From IMG/VR virus record IMGVR_UViG_3300044295_000306: a stretch of 64,000 bases of DNA; one strand, written 5' to 3'. Every line of letters begins with the position of its first letter. The first letter of the stretch is position 1. Below the pieces are notes generated by a model. It had not been told where the DNA came from. It ran no database searches and worked only from the letters and a program-made list of their open reading frames with translations. Of this stretch, positions 17,024-27,044 are shown one piece after another. The stretch is from a virus. Taxonomy: Duplodnaviria; Heunggongvirae; Uroviricota; Caudoviricetes. A program made the translations under genes and the position numbers.

Positions 17024-17704
17024 TTACTTCTTAGTAAAAGTCGAACCCGGCTCTAAAGCAATCCAATACTTTAAATGCATATCTTTATTACTGAAATGGG
17101 ACAAACCTTTTGAAAACAATGATACATCATAGTTTCCAGATAACATCTTGAAAAGATGCGTCTTAAAGATAAACTTGTAAGTATCACCATTTCCATTACC
17201 AATCACTAAACTATTAATCTTAGCTGCATCATCTTTAACATCGGTACCAACAATACTGATATTAGTACCATCACTTTCAATAATGATATTGGGTGCAGCA
17301 ATAACACTAGCAGTTTTCATGATCCAATCAAAATCATCTTTGTTCAAAACAAATGATGCTTCTGCTCCAGAACTATCAAGTTCTTTCTCTGGCGCAACAG
17401 TAATAAGTTCTGGTGAACAAGTACGATATACAACTTTATTTCTACCACCATAACCTTTGATAATAAGATTATTATCTTCAATGGTAATATCAGGTGTCTC
17501 TTTATGAAGAGATAGTAAGGCAAGTAATTGATTCAATTCATAGATACCAAAATTGCCTGTAAATTCTTCAGCAATCTTAGCTTCTGCGAGAATGCATCTG
17601 TCATTATCAACAGTCCGTAATACACTACCTTTACGGAAATACAAACTTGTATTAATGTTGACAAAGTTCTTTAAAATTTCAATAGTCTTATCAGAAAGTT
17701 TCAT
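17024..17704 (-). CDS. 45: Sliding clamp gp45
   Basis: MKLSDKTIEILKNF, FGIYELNQLL, YWIALE; synteny. Confidence 0.92.
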   Translation of the reverse strand: MKLSDKTIEILKNFVNINTSLYFRKGSVLRTVDNDRCILAEAKIAEEFTGNFGIYELNQLLALLSLHKETPDITIEDNNLIIKGYGGRNKVVYRTCSPELITVAPEKELDSSGAEASFVLNKDDFDWIMKTASVIAAPNIIIESDGTNISIVGTDVKDDAAKINSLVIGNGNGDTYKFIFKTHLFKMLSGNYDVSLFSKGLSHFSNKDMHLKYWIALEPGSTFTKK

Positions 17705-17721
17705 AATATCTCCAAAATAAC

Positions 17722-17751
17722 ATAATATCACATAACAACTATTTCTTGCAA
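17722..17751 (-). promoter_or_regulatory. Possible sigma70 promoter TTGCAA-18-TGa-TATTAT for gene 45
   Basis: Extended -10; imperfect boxes. Confidence 0.35.
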
Positions 17752-18333
17752 CATATCGTCCACTTTTTGTTCAAGTTGATGAATGTTTCCGTCATTATTA
17801 ATCGTATAATCAAAATGACATCCTATCCAGTCAGTTTCAGATATATGAATATCATACTTCGGCTTTTCACCACCTTCTGTATTATATCTCAAATAATCTT
17901 CATACCAGATAGGTTCTGGTCCTCTTTTAATCCGAATAACTATACCATTATTCTTTTGGATATAGTTCATTTCGTTTTTAAATCTAACATCCGATACTAC
18001 AACATTCTTTCCTTTTGCACGATTAAGTAAAGAAAGAACCCATATATCAAGATGAAAGACATTCCTTCCGGCTTCAGTACCCATTAATTGTAATGCAAGT
18101 CTTGGTGTAAACGGCTTTCCAAAACTTTGACTCCAAAACGGATCGGGTTGTTCACGCCACTGCCGCGATACTTCTGTATCACCCTCTAAAAGATCCCTTG
18201 GCCATCCAAACATAATAGCAATAGCATCTTTTAGAGGTGCAGCAAAACTATCTTTATGAAATCCTCGGGTTGTAAGAATATCTCCGACTGTTCCCTTACC
18301 AGAGCCTATAAATCCAACTAACCCCAATATCAT
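17728..18333 (-). CDS. 1: Deoxynucleoside monophosphate kinase (gp1-like)
   Basis: GFIGSGKG P-loop, FAAPLKD, PRLALQLMGTEAGR, SDVRF, HISE. Confidence 0.9.
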   Translation of the reverse strand: MILGLVGFIGSGKGTVGDILTTRGFHKDSFAAPLKDAIAIMFGWPRDLLEGDTEVSRQWREQPDPFWSQSFGKPFTPRLALQLMGTEAGRNVFHLDIWVLSLLNRAKGKNVVVSDVRFKNEMNYIQKNNGIVIRIKRGPEPIWYEDYLRYNTEGGEKPKYDIHISETDWIGCHFDYTINNDGNIHQLEQKVDDMLQEIVVM

Positions 18334-19127
18334 TATAATTTACCTGTCAATTCAGCAATTTTTGGCAGATTTCCAGTAAATGGATATGTACCAATATGCT
18401 GTGTTTGCATCCATGGACATAGAAATACTTTACCACCAATCTTTCTCCACCACTGACAGAACATATAATCTTCTGACAAATATCGGTGAGAATCTGGATC
18501 AATTACTGTATCAAAGTATGCATGAATATAACGTGAACCATCAAAATGTTCTTGGCCTACATGATCTGGTTTATATCTGAATTCAGGATAAGCTTCACGA
18601 AATTTATCAAACACATGACGTTTAATCATCATATAACCTGTACCAATTTCCATAACTTCTAGTGGTTCAGATACAGAGAATTGTTGTGTACCTTTCACAA
18701 CATTAAAAACATATTCACCAACAATAGTTTCAAGTTCTTTTGGATTTAATGAGGGATGTGTCTTTACTGCATGAGAGATATTAGACCAATTGATAGATTT
18801 CTTTGGATATGGTGCACCAATAACATCTTTATCAAGTGCTAAAAGCGTAATAACATCTTTTGGATTGAAATGAATATCTGAGTCGATAAACAAAAGATGA
18901 GTATATTCTGAACGAATAAATTCATCAACAAGATAATTTCTTGCTCGGGTAATCAACGATTCATTGAAGAGAAACGAAAACTTGCATTCAATACCATATT
19001 GTTGCATTACAGTTTGCAAATCAAGACATGATTTAACATACATACCATGTGATTGCCCACCATACATTGGTGTGGCTATGAATACTTTGTTTTTTCTCAA
19101 TTCATCAATTTTAACTTGTATTTCCAT
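18333..19127 (-). CDS. GT-A fold glycosyltransferase-like protein
   Basis: IATPMYGG, ESLITRARN, LFIDSD (DxD), GTGYMMI, LSEDY. Confidence 0.7.
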   Translation of the reverse strand: MEIQVKIDELRKNKVFIATPMYGGQSHGMYVKSCLDLQTVMQQYGIECKFSFLFNESLITRARNYLVDEFIRSEYTHLLFIDSDIHFNPKDVITLLALDKDVIGAPYPKKSINWSNISHAVKTHPSLNPKELETIVGEYVFNVVKGTQQFSVSEPLEVMEIGTGYMMIKRHVFDKFREAYPEFRYKPDHVGQEHFDGSRYIHAYFDTVIDPDSHRYLSEDYMFCQWWRKIGGKVFLCPWMQTQHIGTYPFTGNLPKIAELTGKL

Positions 19128-19145
19128 AATAATCACCTACATAAT

Positions 19146-19180
19146 AAAAAGGAGAGACATATACATTATATATCTCTCCT
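19146..19180 (-). terminator. Rho-independent terminator
   Basis: Minus GGAGAGATATATA-ATG-TATATGTCTCTCC followed by TTTTTATT. Confidence 0.7.
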
Positions 19181-19201
19181 GTAACTACAACAGTAAAAAA
19201 A

Positions 19202-19465
19202 TTAAACTGTTTGTAGTTTGATACCGCGATTGCGAAGATCACGCTTCATGGCACGTGAAGGGGTTCCAATACGATAAACTGCGACTTTGCTACCATCGCC
19301 GCGAGTACGAGTATTGGTATAGATAGGATATCCATCTTCACGAAGTTCATGAACGCGAGCAGCAACATTATGAATATTAAAACGAGCGCGGGCTTGAGCA
19401 ACGCTCAGTGTATTAAATCCATCTGTCTTGGTAAGAAAATTAAGAATTTTTTGCTTTGAGTTCAT
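19202..19465 (-). CDS. Winged-helix DNA-binding protein
   Basis: LSVAQARARFNIHNVAARVHELREDGYPIYTN...YRIG; SD GGAG. Confidence 0.75.
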   Translation of the reverse strand: MNSKQKILNFLTKTDGFNTLSVAQARARFNIHNVAARVHELREDGYPIYTNTRTRGDGSKVAVYRIGTPSRAMKRDLRNRGIKLQTV

Positions 19466-19498
19466 ATAAATCTCCATTAATATAGTTAATAAAATACA

Positions 19499-19527
19499 AT
19501 GATACTACTCTAGATTCAACCTGTCAA
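19499..19527 (-). promoter_or_regulatory. sigma70 early promoter TTGACA-17-TATCAT
   Basis: Direct reading of boxes and spacer. Confidence 0.75.
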
Positions 19528-19541
19528 CACTTTATCGGAAA

Positions 19542-20657
19542 TTATGCTGTTGGTTGATTATTATTTCCCTTATCAGTATCAACATTCGAATCAATTTTAC
19601 TGTAAAGATCAATAAAAGATTTTTTAGTATCATCATCAAACCGATTAAGACAGTATTCCATTGCATTTTTAATGTTCTTGAAAATACTGTAGGTACGGGC
19701 AATATGTACTAATCGGCGAGTAGAAATTACTTCATCACAACCACCAGCATCAAAAGTTTTCCGAATACCGTTAGCCCATGTCACAAGATTATCAATAAGT
19801 TTGTCATCTGAAATACCAAGAGATTCAAATTCTTTTGTGAGAATCTTCTTTTCAACGACTTCAGTAGGCCAAACTTGCTCAAATGTAATAGGAAACCGCT
19901 CCAGAAAAGCTTCATTCAGAATATTGGTAAACATATATCGACCATCATCTGAACCTTTACCTTTTGTATTAGCAGTCGCAATAATAGTAAATCCTTCAGC
20001 AGGAACAATAAGTTCATTCTTTTTCTTCAAAAGAAATGGCTTACCTTCCAAAACACGCTGCAAAGTAGAAAGATTCTGTCCACCATAGTCGATTTCATCA
20101 ACACAGAGAACAGCACCTTCACGCGCAGCAACAGTTACAGGACCGTCGCGCCAAACCATTTGTCCATCAAGCAAAACATAATTACCAAGTAAATCCGATT
20201 CATCTGTTTCATGTGTCATCGACACACAAATAAATTTCCGTTTCAACTTAGCACATGCTTGCTCAACAGATAAAGTTTTGCCATTACCCGAATGTCCTGT
20301 AATAAAAACAGGAATAAATTGTCTTGAACTAATGATAGCAACTAGATCACCGAAATTACCAAATGGTACATAATTCTTATAAACACTCGGAACAATATCC
20401 TGTTTCTGGATATCTGTCTCAATATTATTAATTTTCTTCAAAGGAATCACACTCGCTGCCATTTGTGGACTATTAGTCGCTTGTTCAATACGAAATAAAC
20501 CTCTTCTAATTCGATTAGATGAATCATTCAAAAACCACTGCGGCACAGTCAGATTGTTACTCTTACACAATTCAACAATCTCACCGCGAGTAATACTCGA
20601 CTTACCAGTAGCAGCAAGAATATTCATAAACTTTTCACGAATCTCAGAACGCTTCAT
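19542..20657 (-). CDS. cobS: MoxR/CobS-like AAA+ ATPase
   Basis: GHSGNGKT, LCVDEID, TANTKGKGSDDGRY, EAFLERF, ISTRRLVHI. Confidence 0.88.
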   Translation of the reverse strand: MKRSEIREKFMNILAATGKSSITRGEIVELCKSNNLTVPQWFLNDSSNRIRRGLFRIEQATNSPQMAASVIPLKKINNIETDIQKQDIVPSVYKNYVPFGNFGDLVAIISSRQFIPVFITGHSGNGKTLSVEQACAKLKRKFICVSMTHETDESDLLGNYVLLDGQMVWRDGPVTVAAREGAVLCVDEIDYGGQNLSTLQRVLEGKPFLLKKKNELIVPAEGFTIIATANTKGKGSDDGRYMFTNILNEAFLERFPITFEQVWPTEVVEKKILTKEFESLGISDDKLIDNLVTWANGIRKTFDAGGCDEVISTRRLVHIARTYSIFKNIKNAMEYCLNRFDDDTKKSFIDLYSKIDSNVDTDKGNNNQPTA

Positions 20658-20686
20658 TATATAGACCTTTCATCAAAATTTCAATC

Positions 20687-20715
20687 ATTATATCACAAAA
20701 CACTATTATTGTCAA
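20687..20715 (-). promoter_or_regulatory. sigma70 early promoter TTGACA-17-TATAAT
   Basis: Perfect consensus. Confidence 0.85.
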
Positions 20716-22766
20716 TCAATGATTTGTTGAATAAATTTGTTAATAAAAATCCGATTTATAGCTCTCTTATTGTTAAATTTGGTCAATACAGTAGCTAATT
20801 GTTTCGACGTTATTTTATAAACATTTTCAAAATAATCATCCAAATAATCATCCAAATCCTCTTCATTAAAAATAGTTTTATCAGTATGTGTTACAAAAAA
20901 TCTATTATAACCGTAAATATATGATTCAAGATACTTATCTTCTGTCAATTTCTTGGAAATAAGACTAGTATCACCATTTTTATTATTAAATTTATTTCCT
21001 TTTTTATCGTAATAATAATTCATGATAAACTTACTAATAGCATGTTTTCCCTTACCCACAAGAAAATAACCAATCACATTACAATTATATTTTCGCTTGA
21101 TAATGTTAATCATACAGGATGTTAGAGATTTTGTCTCTGACATAGTTTCTTCAATATTTGTCTCTTTATCATATACAACAATCCTATCTTTAATACCCTG
21201 ATGATCAAAAGCAGTAAATCTATAATCTTTAGAATCTTTGGGATTATAAAAAGCATTAGTTGTATCTGAATCACCATCTTGTACAATTAAAAGATTAACA
21301 ATTTGAACATTATTTTTCTTCTTAAAATCTTTGATAATAGGATCTATAGCGCACAAAGCTTCATGAAGAGGTGTACTAGACATAGATTCTGATACTGGAA
21401 CATTTTGATCTGTTGTGTATAATTTTTCGAGAATCATTAATCCAGTAATAGCTTTATTATATTTCTCATTGGAAAGATTAGAATTAACAATCTCTCTTAA
21501 ACGAAAATTATCAAATTTTAAATCATTTTGATCATCAGAAAATTGTGGTCCCAATTCTTCAAAATCAGAATCTTCCGGTGTTTGGGAAACATTATTATGA
21601 AATCCATTATGAAATCCATATACCACAAAAGGAATATTTACTCTTTTACAAAAATGAATCATAATCAATATTTGTTCAATACATGCTGCAATATAATTAG
21701 ACATTGATGCTGATCTATCCAGCAACATAATCATACCATGTGATTTACCATCAGCAACAAGCATTGCTTTTTTGAAAATATCATCTTCAATTTGATAACG
21801 ACAAATCTTGTTTATATTCAAATCGCCGGTTTCTGATATTTTTGTTCTAGCATATTTTTTTGCCGCTTTTCGCATTTCAAATTCTTTGACCAATAAAGAA
21901 ATATATCGATCATTCCGTCCGTGAAATTCATTCTTAACAAAAGCTGGATCATATCTAGTCACATCATAGCCTAAACCTTTTAAAAGAGATATATGATTAA
22001 AAATATGTTTATATACTGTTTCGGGTTTATTAATGATACTTTTTAGATTTGGCTTGGGAATACTCAACCTGTAATAATTTTTGCAATTTTTATCAAGAAG
22101 AATTTCTTCATTCTTTCTAAAGTTTTCATCAGTCATACAAGAAGGAATTCTATCTTCTGTTTCAACGATAATATCTTCTCCTTCTCCTTCAATTTCAGGA
22201 AACTGTTCATCTTTCGAATATTCAAAGATAATATCTGTAACTTTTAAAACATCATTCCATGTCTGAGTGTTTTCAACCATATCCAGCATTTCCTTTTCTT
22301 TTTCAGAAAAATGCGGATTAATGATACCACAAGATTTCATGTAAAGATTAATCTTGTCAATAAAGAAAAGGGTTTCAATATCTTTATCTTTAATACCAAA
22401 AAAATCTTGTTCAAAAAGATTCTTATATCCTTCAACAAAAGATTTTTTAATTCCAGGATAGCGTTGTTTGATCATTCTTTCGATTCGAGCATCCTCAATA
22501 ACATTCAAGAAATGCTTATATTTCGGACCTTTTTCTGTTACAACATCATGCCATCCTTCAGGAGGAGTGTTTAAAGCATGGCTTACTTCATGTCCAAGAA
22601 TCAAATCATACAAATATCCATCCATATTTTTCCAAATAGGACAAACAAGAATTCGTTTTTGAAGATCAAAATAAGCAATCTTGGTATTAGCGCGAAATTC
22701 GATATTAATGTTTTCAGTCGCTAGAAGTTTAGCTAATTGTGATTTGGAACTTTCAGAATATTCCAT
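20712..22766 (-). CDS. Metallopeptidase-vWA (CobT-like) partner of the MoxR ATPase
   Basis: GHEVSH (HExxH), EDARIE, MIMLLDRSASM MIDAS, STPLHEAL, QDGDS. Confidence 0.82.
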   Translation of the reverse strand: MEYSESSKSQLAKLLATENINIEFRANTKIAYFDLQKRILVCPIWKNMDGYLYDLILGHEVSHALNTPPEGWHDVVTEKGPKYKHFLNVIEDARIERMIKQRYPGIKKSFVEGYKNLFEQDFFGIKDKDIETLFFIDKINLYMKSCGIINPHFSEKEKEMLDMVENTQTWNDVLKVTDIIFEYSKDEQFPEIEGEGEDIIVETEDRIPSCMTDENFRKNEEILLDKNCKNYYRLSIPKPNLKSIINKPETVYKHIFNHISLLKGLGYDVTRYDPAFVKNEFHGRNDRYISLLVKEFEMRKAAKKYARTKISETGDLNINKICRYQIEDDIFKKAMLVADGKSHGMIMLLDRSASMSNYIAACIEQILIMIHFCKRVNIPFVVYGFHNGFHNNVSQTPEDSDFEELGPQFSDDQNDLKFDNFRLREIVNSNLSNEKYNKAITGLMILEKLYTTDQNVPVSESMSSTPLHEALCAIDPIIKDFKKKNNVQIVNLLIVQDGDSDTTNAFYNPKDSKDYRFTAFDHQGIKDRIVVYDKETNIEETMSETKSLTSCMINIIKRKYNCNVIGYFLVGKGKHAISKFIMNYYYDKKGNKFNNKNGDTSLISKKLTEDKYLESYIYGYNRFFVTHTDKTIFNEEDLDDYLDDYFENVYKITSKQLATVLTKFNNKRAINRIFINKFIQQIID

Positions 22767-22793
22767 GTGACAACCCTAGAATGAGAATAATCT

Positions 22794-22822
22794 ATTATAT
22801 TATATTCAAGTATATTTGTCAA
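22794..22822 (-). promoter_or_regulatory. sigma70 early promoter TTGACA-17-TATAAT
   Basis: Perfect consensus. Confidence 0.85.
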
Positions 22823-22829
22823 TCTTTTT

Positions 22830-23741
22830 TTATGGAATAATTCCATTAAAATTATTGACCAATTTCATTCCGTAATTGTCTATAGTTTCTGGTACAATAA
22901 TGTCTTTTTTATAGATAAGTTGGTTATTCTTAAATGGACTATAATCAACATAATGATGCCAACGTCCATATTTCCAAACAACCTTAGCAACATCCGGATG
23001 CATATCTACAAGCATTTGAGATTTATTGATTGTTCCAGTTGCATTCAATTGGCCGTCTCTCCATTTAGACTTATCAAGATCGCCTTCAGCATGATAAAAT
23101 TCTGCGGTATTGCCACCCTTAACAGTCTGTGTTGCCGCTTTACCTTGAAGGAATATATTAAATTGAATGGTACAATCACCATCTTTTAAAACACGCAGAC
23201 ATATATCGGTATCTTCATTATATCTTCCACGCCAACGATGCTTACATTCATTGTCTATTAATAGACACGAATATATTCTCGTATTCTTTACATATGGAGG
23301 ATACTTCTGATTTGGTGCGATAAAGAATCTATATTGGAATCCAGAAATAGGAACATTATCGAATCTATCAATAAAATCTTCTGCTACCTTGAAGATAACA
23401 CCCGACTCCACTCTTATTCTTTTGTTTTGGTGAAGTCTATAGAAATCGGAGATATTATCATCAAGAACCCAATGTTTTTTGGCACCAATATGAATTGCAT
23501 GATCCCAAGCATAATTTCTTGCTCTTCCTGGACCATCACCATGATTGCTGAAAGGAGCAACAATCAATGATACATATGGACGAATCTTGAACTCATCCAA
23601 AGCTTTTTCATAAGGTTCTTTGTCTTGGGGTTCAATAATGATATAATGAGGTACTTTCATTCTTGATAAAGAACGGGAAGTAATCATTGTGTCGGCACGA
23701 CCTTTAGATACAATATAAACTGGATGAACTGGATTTGTCAT
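22830..23741 (-). CDS. TET-associated glycosyltransferase (TAGT/GREB1-like) family protein
   Basis: PVYIVSKGR start, WVLDDNI, RIYSCLLI, WRGRYNEDTD, KGGNT. Confidence 0.7.
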   Translation of the reverse strand: MTNPVHPVYIVSKGRADTMITSRSLSRMKVPHYIIIEPQDKEPYEKALDEFKIRPYVSLIVAPFSNHGDGPGRARNYAWDHAIHIGAKKHWVLDDNISDFYRLHQNKRIRVESGVIFKVAEDFIDRFDNVPISGFQYRFFIAPNQKYPPYVKNTRIYSCLLIDNECKHRWRGRYNEDTDICLRVLKDGDCTIQFNIFLQGKAATQTVKGGNTAEFYHAEGDLDKSKWRDGQLNATGTINKSQMLVDMHPDVAKVVWKYGRWHHYVDYSPFKNNQLIYKKDIIVPETIDNYGMKLVNNFNGIIP

Positions 23742-23744
23742 GAT

Positions 23745-24416
23745 TTAATTTGAGCAATAAATTGTGCTTACCCAAGCACCTTTAGGTTCTTTTCTATATT
23801 CTACATTAGAAAAATACTTTTCTAAGATACCTATAATCTCATGAAAAATAACTTCTTTTCCTATGTCATTTAAATGAGCATGATGAAATTCCATAATAAA
23901 CTCCCTAACTTTACTTAAATCATAAGTAAGATTTGTAAGACATTCATATTCACCACCTTCAATGTCCATTTTAATAACATTAGGTTTAACTTTCTCTAAT
24001 ACATCATTTATGTTGATGCATTCAACAGTTACAGTTTCTCTTCCTTTTTTATGTACTAAAGAGTGAGCACCTTTATTCTTTTTTACATTAACAGAAAAAT
24101 TTCTGGTTTTTTCATTATTACCTATCACAGCCAAGTTGTATAATTTAACATTATTGAAGTCATTCAATTTAATGTTTTCTTTAGCTAATTCATAATTTTC
24201 TTTTTCTGCCTCATATGCATATACTTCTTTAGCTCCTTTTTTTGATGCCCAACAGGTAAACATTCCTATATTTAAACCAAAATCAACTACAACATCATCA
24301 GGCTTAATCTTTAATTTATTATAAGCACCATCCATTACTTCATGAACAACAAACTCATCGGATGTTCCATCCCGAACAAATGCCTTGATTCCTTTATATG
24401 ATATATCTTTATTCAT
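23745..24416 (-). CDS. FkbM-family SAM methyltransferase
   Basis: VVDFGLNIGMF, AYEA...N, IKMDIEGGE. Confidence 0.88.
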   Translation of the reverse strand: MNKDISYKGIKAFVRDGTSDEFVVHEVMDGAYNKLKIKPDDVVVDFGLNIGMFTCWASKKGAKEVYAYEAEKENYELAKENIKLNDFNNVKLYNLAVIGNNEKTRNFSVNVKKNKGAHSLVHKKGRETVTVECININDVLEKVKPNVIKMDIEGGEYECLTNLTYDLSKVREFIMEFHHAHLNDIGKEVIFHEIIGILEKYFSNVEYRKEPKGAWVSTIYCSN

Positions 24417-24769
24417 TCTTCAATCCATCTCAATAAAGCATTCTCTTCTCTGTTCAAATGAGGGAACCACATACTCTTAGTTCTCTGTGTAATAGTCTGA
24501 TCTTTATCTATATGCTCTTTATAATTCTTACAGAATGCTTCAAAATCTTCTTTGTTCCTGAAGTGTAGATAAATCGTCTTGTAAGTCTTGTTATCTTCCT
24601 GTTCATATTCAGGCATACCTTTCCAATGCTTACGCCACTCTTCATCTGTGTCTTGTTCCTGAATTATTTCTTCTTCAATATTCAATACATCAAAGATATT
24701 ATTCTTTTTTTCAGGCTCAGCCTTTTTAGCGATAAAATTATCATAAATACCACTCTCTTTTATCGTCAT
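24413..24769 (-). CDS. Hypothetical, putative partner of the TAGT-like enzyme
   Basis: HWKGMPEYEQ...FRNKEDF...TKSMWFP; translationally coupled to the methyltransferase. Confidence 0.6.
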   Translation of the reverse strand: MTIKESGIYDNFIAKKAEPEKKNNIFDVLNIEEEIIQEQDTDEEWRKHWKGMPEYEQEDNKTYKTIYLHFRNKEDFEAFCKNYKEHIDKDQTITQRTKSMWFPHLNREENALLRWIEE

Positions 24770-25332
24770 TATCTTCTTCCTTGTCTTGTTACTTTCTTTA
24801 TAAGCTTAGACTGTTTTCTTCTAGCAGTCATCAATGAAACATTACCCACATATTCGGTAAATTTTATTCCATTCATATGATCTAATTCATGTTGGAATAT
24901 TCGTGCGGTTATTCCTTCAAATACATGCTGAACAGTCCTACCAGATGCATTCTCATATTCTACACTAATTTCGTTATCTCTGTCAACGCTTAAAAATAAT
25001 CCAGGAAAAGATAAACAACCTTCCTTATCTTTAATTTTTCTGGTACTTTCCTTAATAATTCTTGGATTAAAACAAACGAAATCAGGCGTCATAACAAATA
25101 CCCTAAACGGTAATCCACATTGATTTGCTGATAATCCTAAACCATCATACAATTTCATTGTTACTTTTAATCTACCAGCTAATTCTACTGGATCCATTTT
25201 TGGTTCATCAAAATTAAATAATGGCATTTTCATCGACAATAATGGATTAGTCTCATCAAACACAGGTAAAGGTTCATAATTCCTTACCGCAACTCTTGGA
25301 TCAGTATTAATAGTTAAAATTTCATCATTCAT
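24769..25332 (-). CDS. def: Peptide deformylase
   Basis: GLGLSANQ, EGCLS, QHELDH. Confidence 0.95.
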   Translation of the reverse strand: MNDEILTINTDPRVAVRNYEPLPVFDETNPLLSMKMPLFNFDEPKMDPVELAGRLKVTMKLYDGLGLSANQCGLPFRVFVMTPDFVCFNPRIIKESTRKIKDKEGCLSFPGLFLSVDRDNEISVEYENASGRTVQHVFEGITARIFQHELDHMNGIKFTEYVGNVSLMTARRKQSKLIKKVTRQGRR

Positions 25333-27044
25333 GATATTGTCATCCTAGAAAAATTCTGTATCTTTTCAAATCTAATTACATTAGAAAACTTGTCTTGTAA
25401 TACATCACCCTTATGAGATATTACAAATAAATTAACATCTTCCAGCATATGAAGTATCTTCATCAATTCCTCGGTACCAGAATTATCTAAAGATGAATCA
25501 AACACCTCATCTAAAATCAAAAGATTCGTATTTGATGAATTCTTCATCTTCGCAATAGCTCGCCAAGTCAACATAAGACTCATATCGATTCTTTGCTTCT
25601 CACCCTCAGAAAATGATTCATAACTGAATTCATCCCTATGTCTCGACTTAATAGATTCTTTAAACGATTCATCAAGATTAAAATTAACAAAAAAGTCCAT
25701 CGCAACCAGATGTTTATTTACCAGCTTGTTTATAATTGGTAAATATTGTTTAATTATCTTTGTCTTAATACCCGAATCTTTCAGTAACAATGCTGCAACA
25801 TCCTGATATACTTTTTTATCTATATAATCTTTCAACAAATCCTCAAGTTTCTTCAATTCTGTTTTCAAGACAATTAAATCTTCTTCTTCTTTGGAAGTAG
25901 ATTTCTTTGTTGTTAATATGACAGAAATCTTATCATTCAATTTCTTATTGAATTTGTTTATCTCTGCTATAGAGGTGTTATATCCAGTAACTTGTGTCTG
26001 AAGAACACTTATACTATTAGCAATGTCGTTTATTTCTTTAACTCGAATATTCAATCCAGTTATTCTAGATTCTATTTCCGTTAAAGCTGTTTCACACTCT
26101 TTTATTTTATCGCTATTGGAATCTATTTGTTCTTGTTTAAAATGTGATGCAATACTTTGTTTGCAAGTCGGACAAGTATCATTGGATTTAAAGAAAGACA
26201 AAGTTTTCTTGTGCTTTGAGAGATTATTCTCAATATTATTTTCCAATTGAGTAAATTTATTGACTCTTTCTCCGACTTTGTCCTTATCGGATATTTCTTC
26301 AAGTAATTTCTCAATATTTTGTGTTGTCTGCTTGATAGAGGCATTTAACTTTTCTATCTCAATAGAATTATTTGATATCTCTTTTTCATACGATTGAATA
26401 AGATCATTATCATTCTTATTAATAGACTCAATAAATTTTTCCTGCATATTTATCTTCTCTTTAGAAGAATCTATCAATAACTTAGTTTGATCGATAGCTT
26501 CCTTACTTTCAACAATCTTGTTTTTTAATATACTATTCATTGTTGAAAATATCTGAATATCCAATAAATCTTCAATTATTGATCTTCTATCAGCAGCCGT
26601 AAGTTGCATGAAAGGAGTAAATGATGCAGATCCTAATATAACTATTTGCGTAAAAGATTTGAAGTTTAGCTTGAGAATAACCTTCTCTAAAAACTCTTGA
26701 TAATCTCTCGCGGCAGCATTCTGATTCAACAACACATCATCTTGATATATCTCAAAAACATTGGGCTTTATACCACGAATTATCTTATAATGTTTGTTAT
26801 TTGTTTTAAACTCGACTTCAACTAAACAATCTCTTTGATTAATACTATTCAATAACTGTGGCTTGTTTATCTTTCTGAATGGTTTACCAAATAGACCAAA
26901 ACACAATGCATCTAACATTGTGCTTTTACCAGCACCATTAGTACCAACAACAAGGGTATTATAATTCTTGTTTAATTCTATTTCTATGAAATAATTACCG
27001 GTACTCAAAAAATTACGCCATCTAAGCTTTTCAAAGTCTATCAT
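25329..27044 (-). CDS. 46: Recombination nuclease SMC-like subunit gp46
   Basis: GTNGAGKS, CPTC zinc hook, FSEGE signature, LDEVFD, SH. Confidence 0.96.
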   Translation of the reverse strand: MIDFEKLRWRNFLSTGNYFIEIELNKNYNTLVVGTNGAGKSTMLDALCFGLFGKPFRKINKPQLLNSINQRDCLVEVEFKTNNKHYKIIRGIKPNVFEIYQDDVLLNQNAAARDYQEFLEKVILKLNFKSFTQIVILGSASFTPFMQLTAADRRSIIEDLLDIQIFSTMNSILKNKIVESKEAIDQTKLLIDSSKEKINMQEKFIESINKNDNDLIQSYEKEISNNSIEIEKLNASIKQTTQNIEKLLEEISDKDKVGERVNKFTQLENNIENNLSKHKKTLSFFKSNDTCPTCKQSIASHFKQEQIDSNSDKIKECETALTEIESRITGLNIRVKEINDIANSISVLQTQVTGYNTSIAEINKFNKKLNDKISVILTTKKSTSKEEEDLIVLKTELKKLEDLLKDYIDKKVYQDVAALLLKDSGIKTKIIKQYLPIINKLVNKHLVAMDFFVNFNLDESFKESIKSRHRDEFSYESFSEGEKQRIDMSLMLTWRAIAKMKNSSNTNLLILDEVFDSSLDNSGTEELMKILHMLEDVNLFVISHKGDVLQDKFSNVIRFEKIQNFSRMTIS

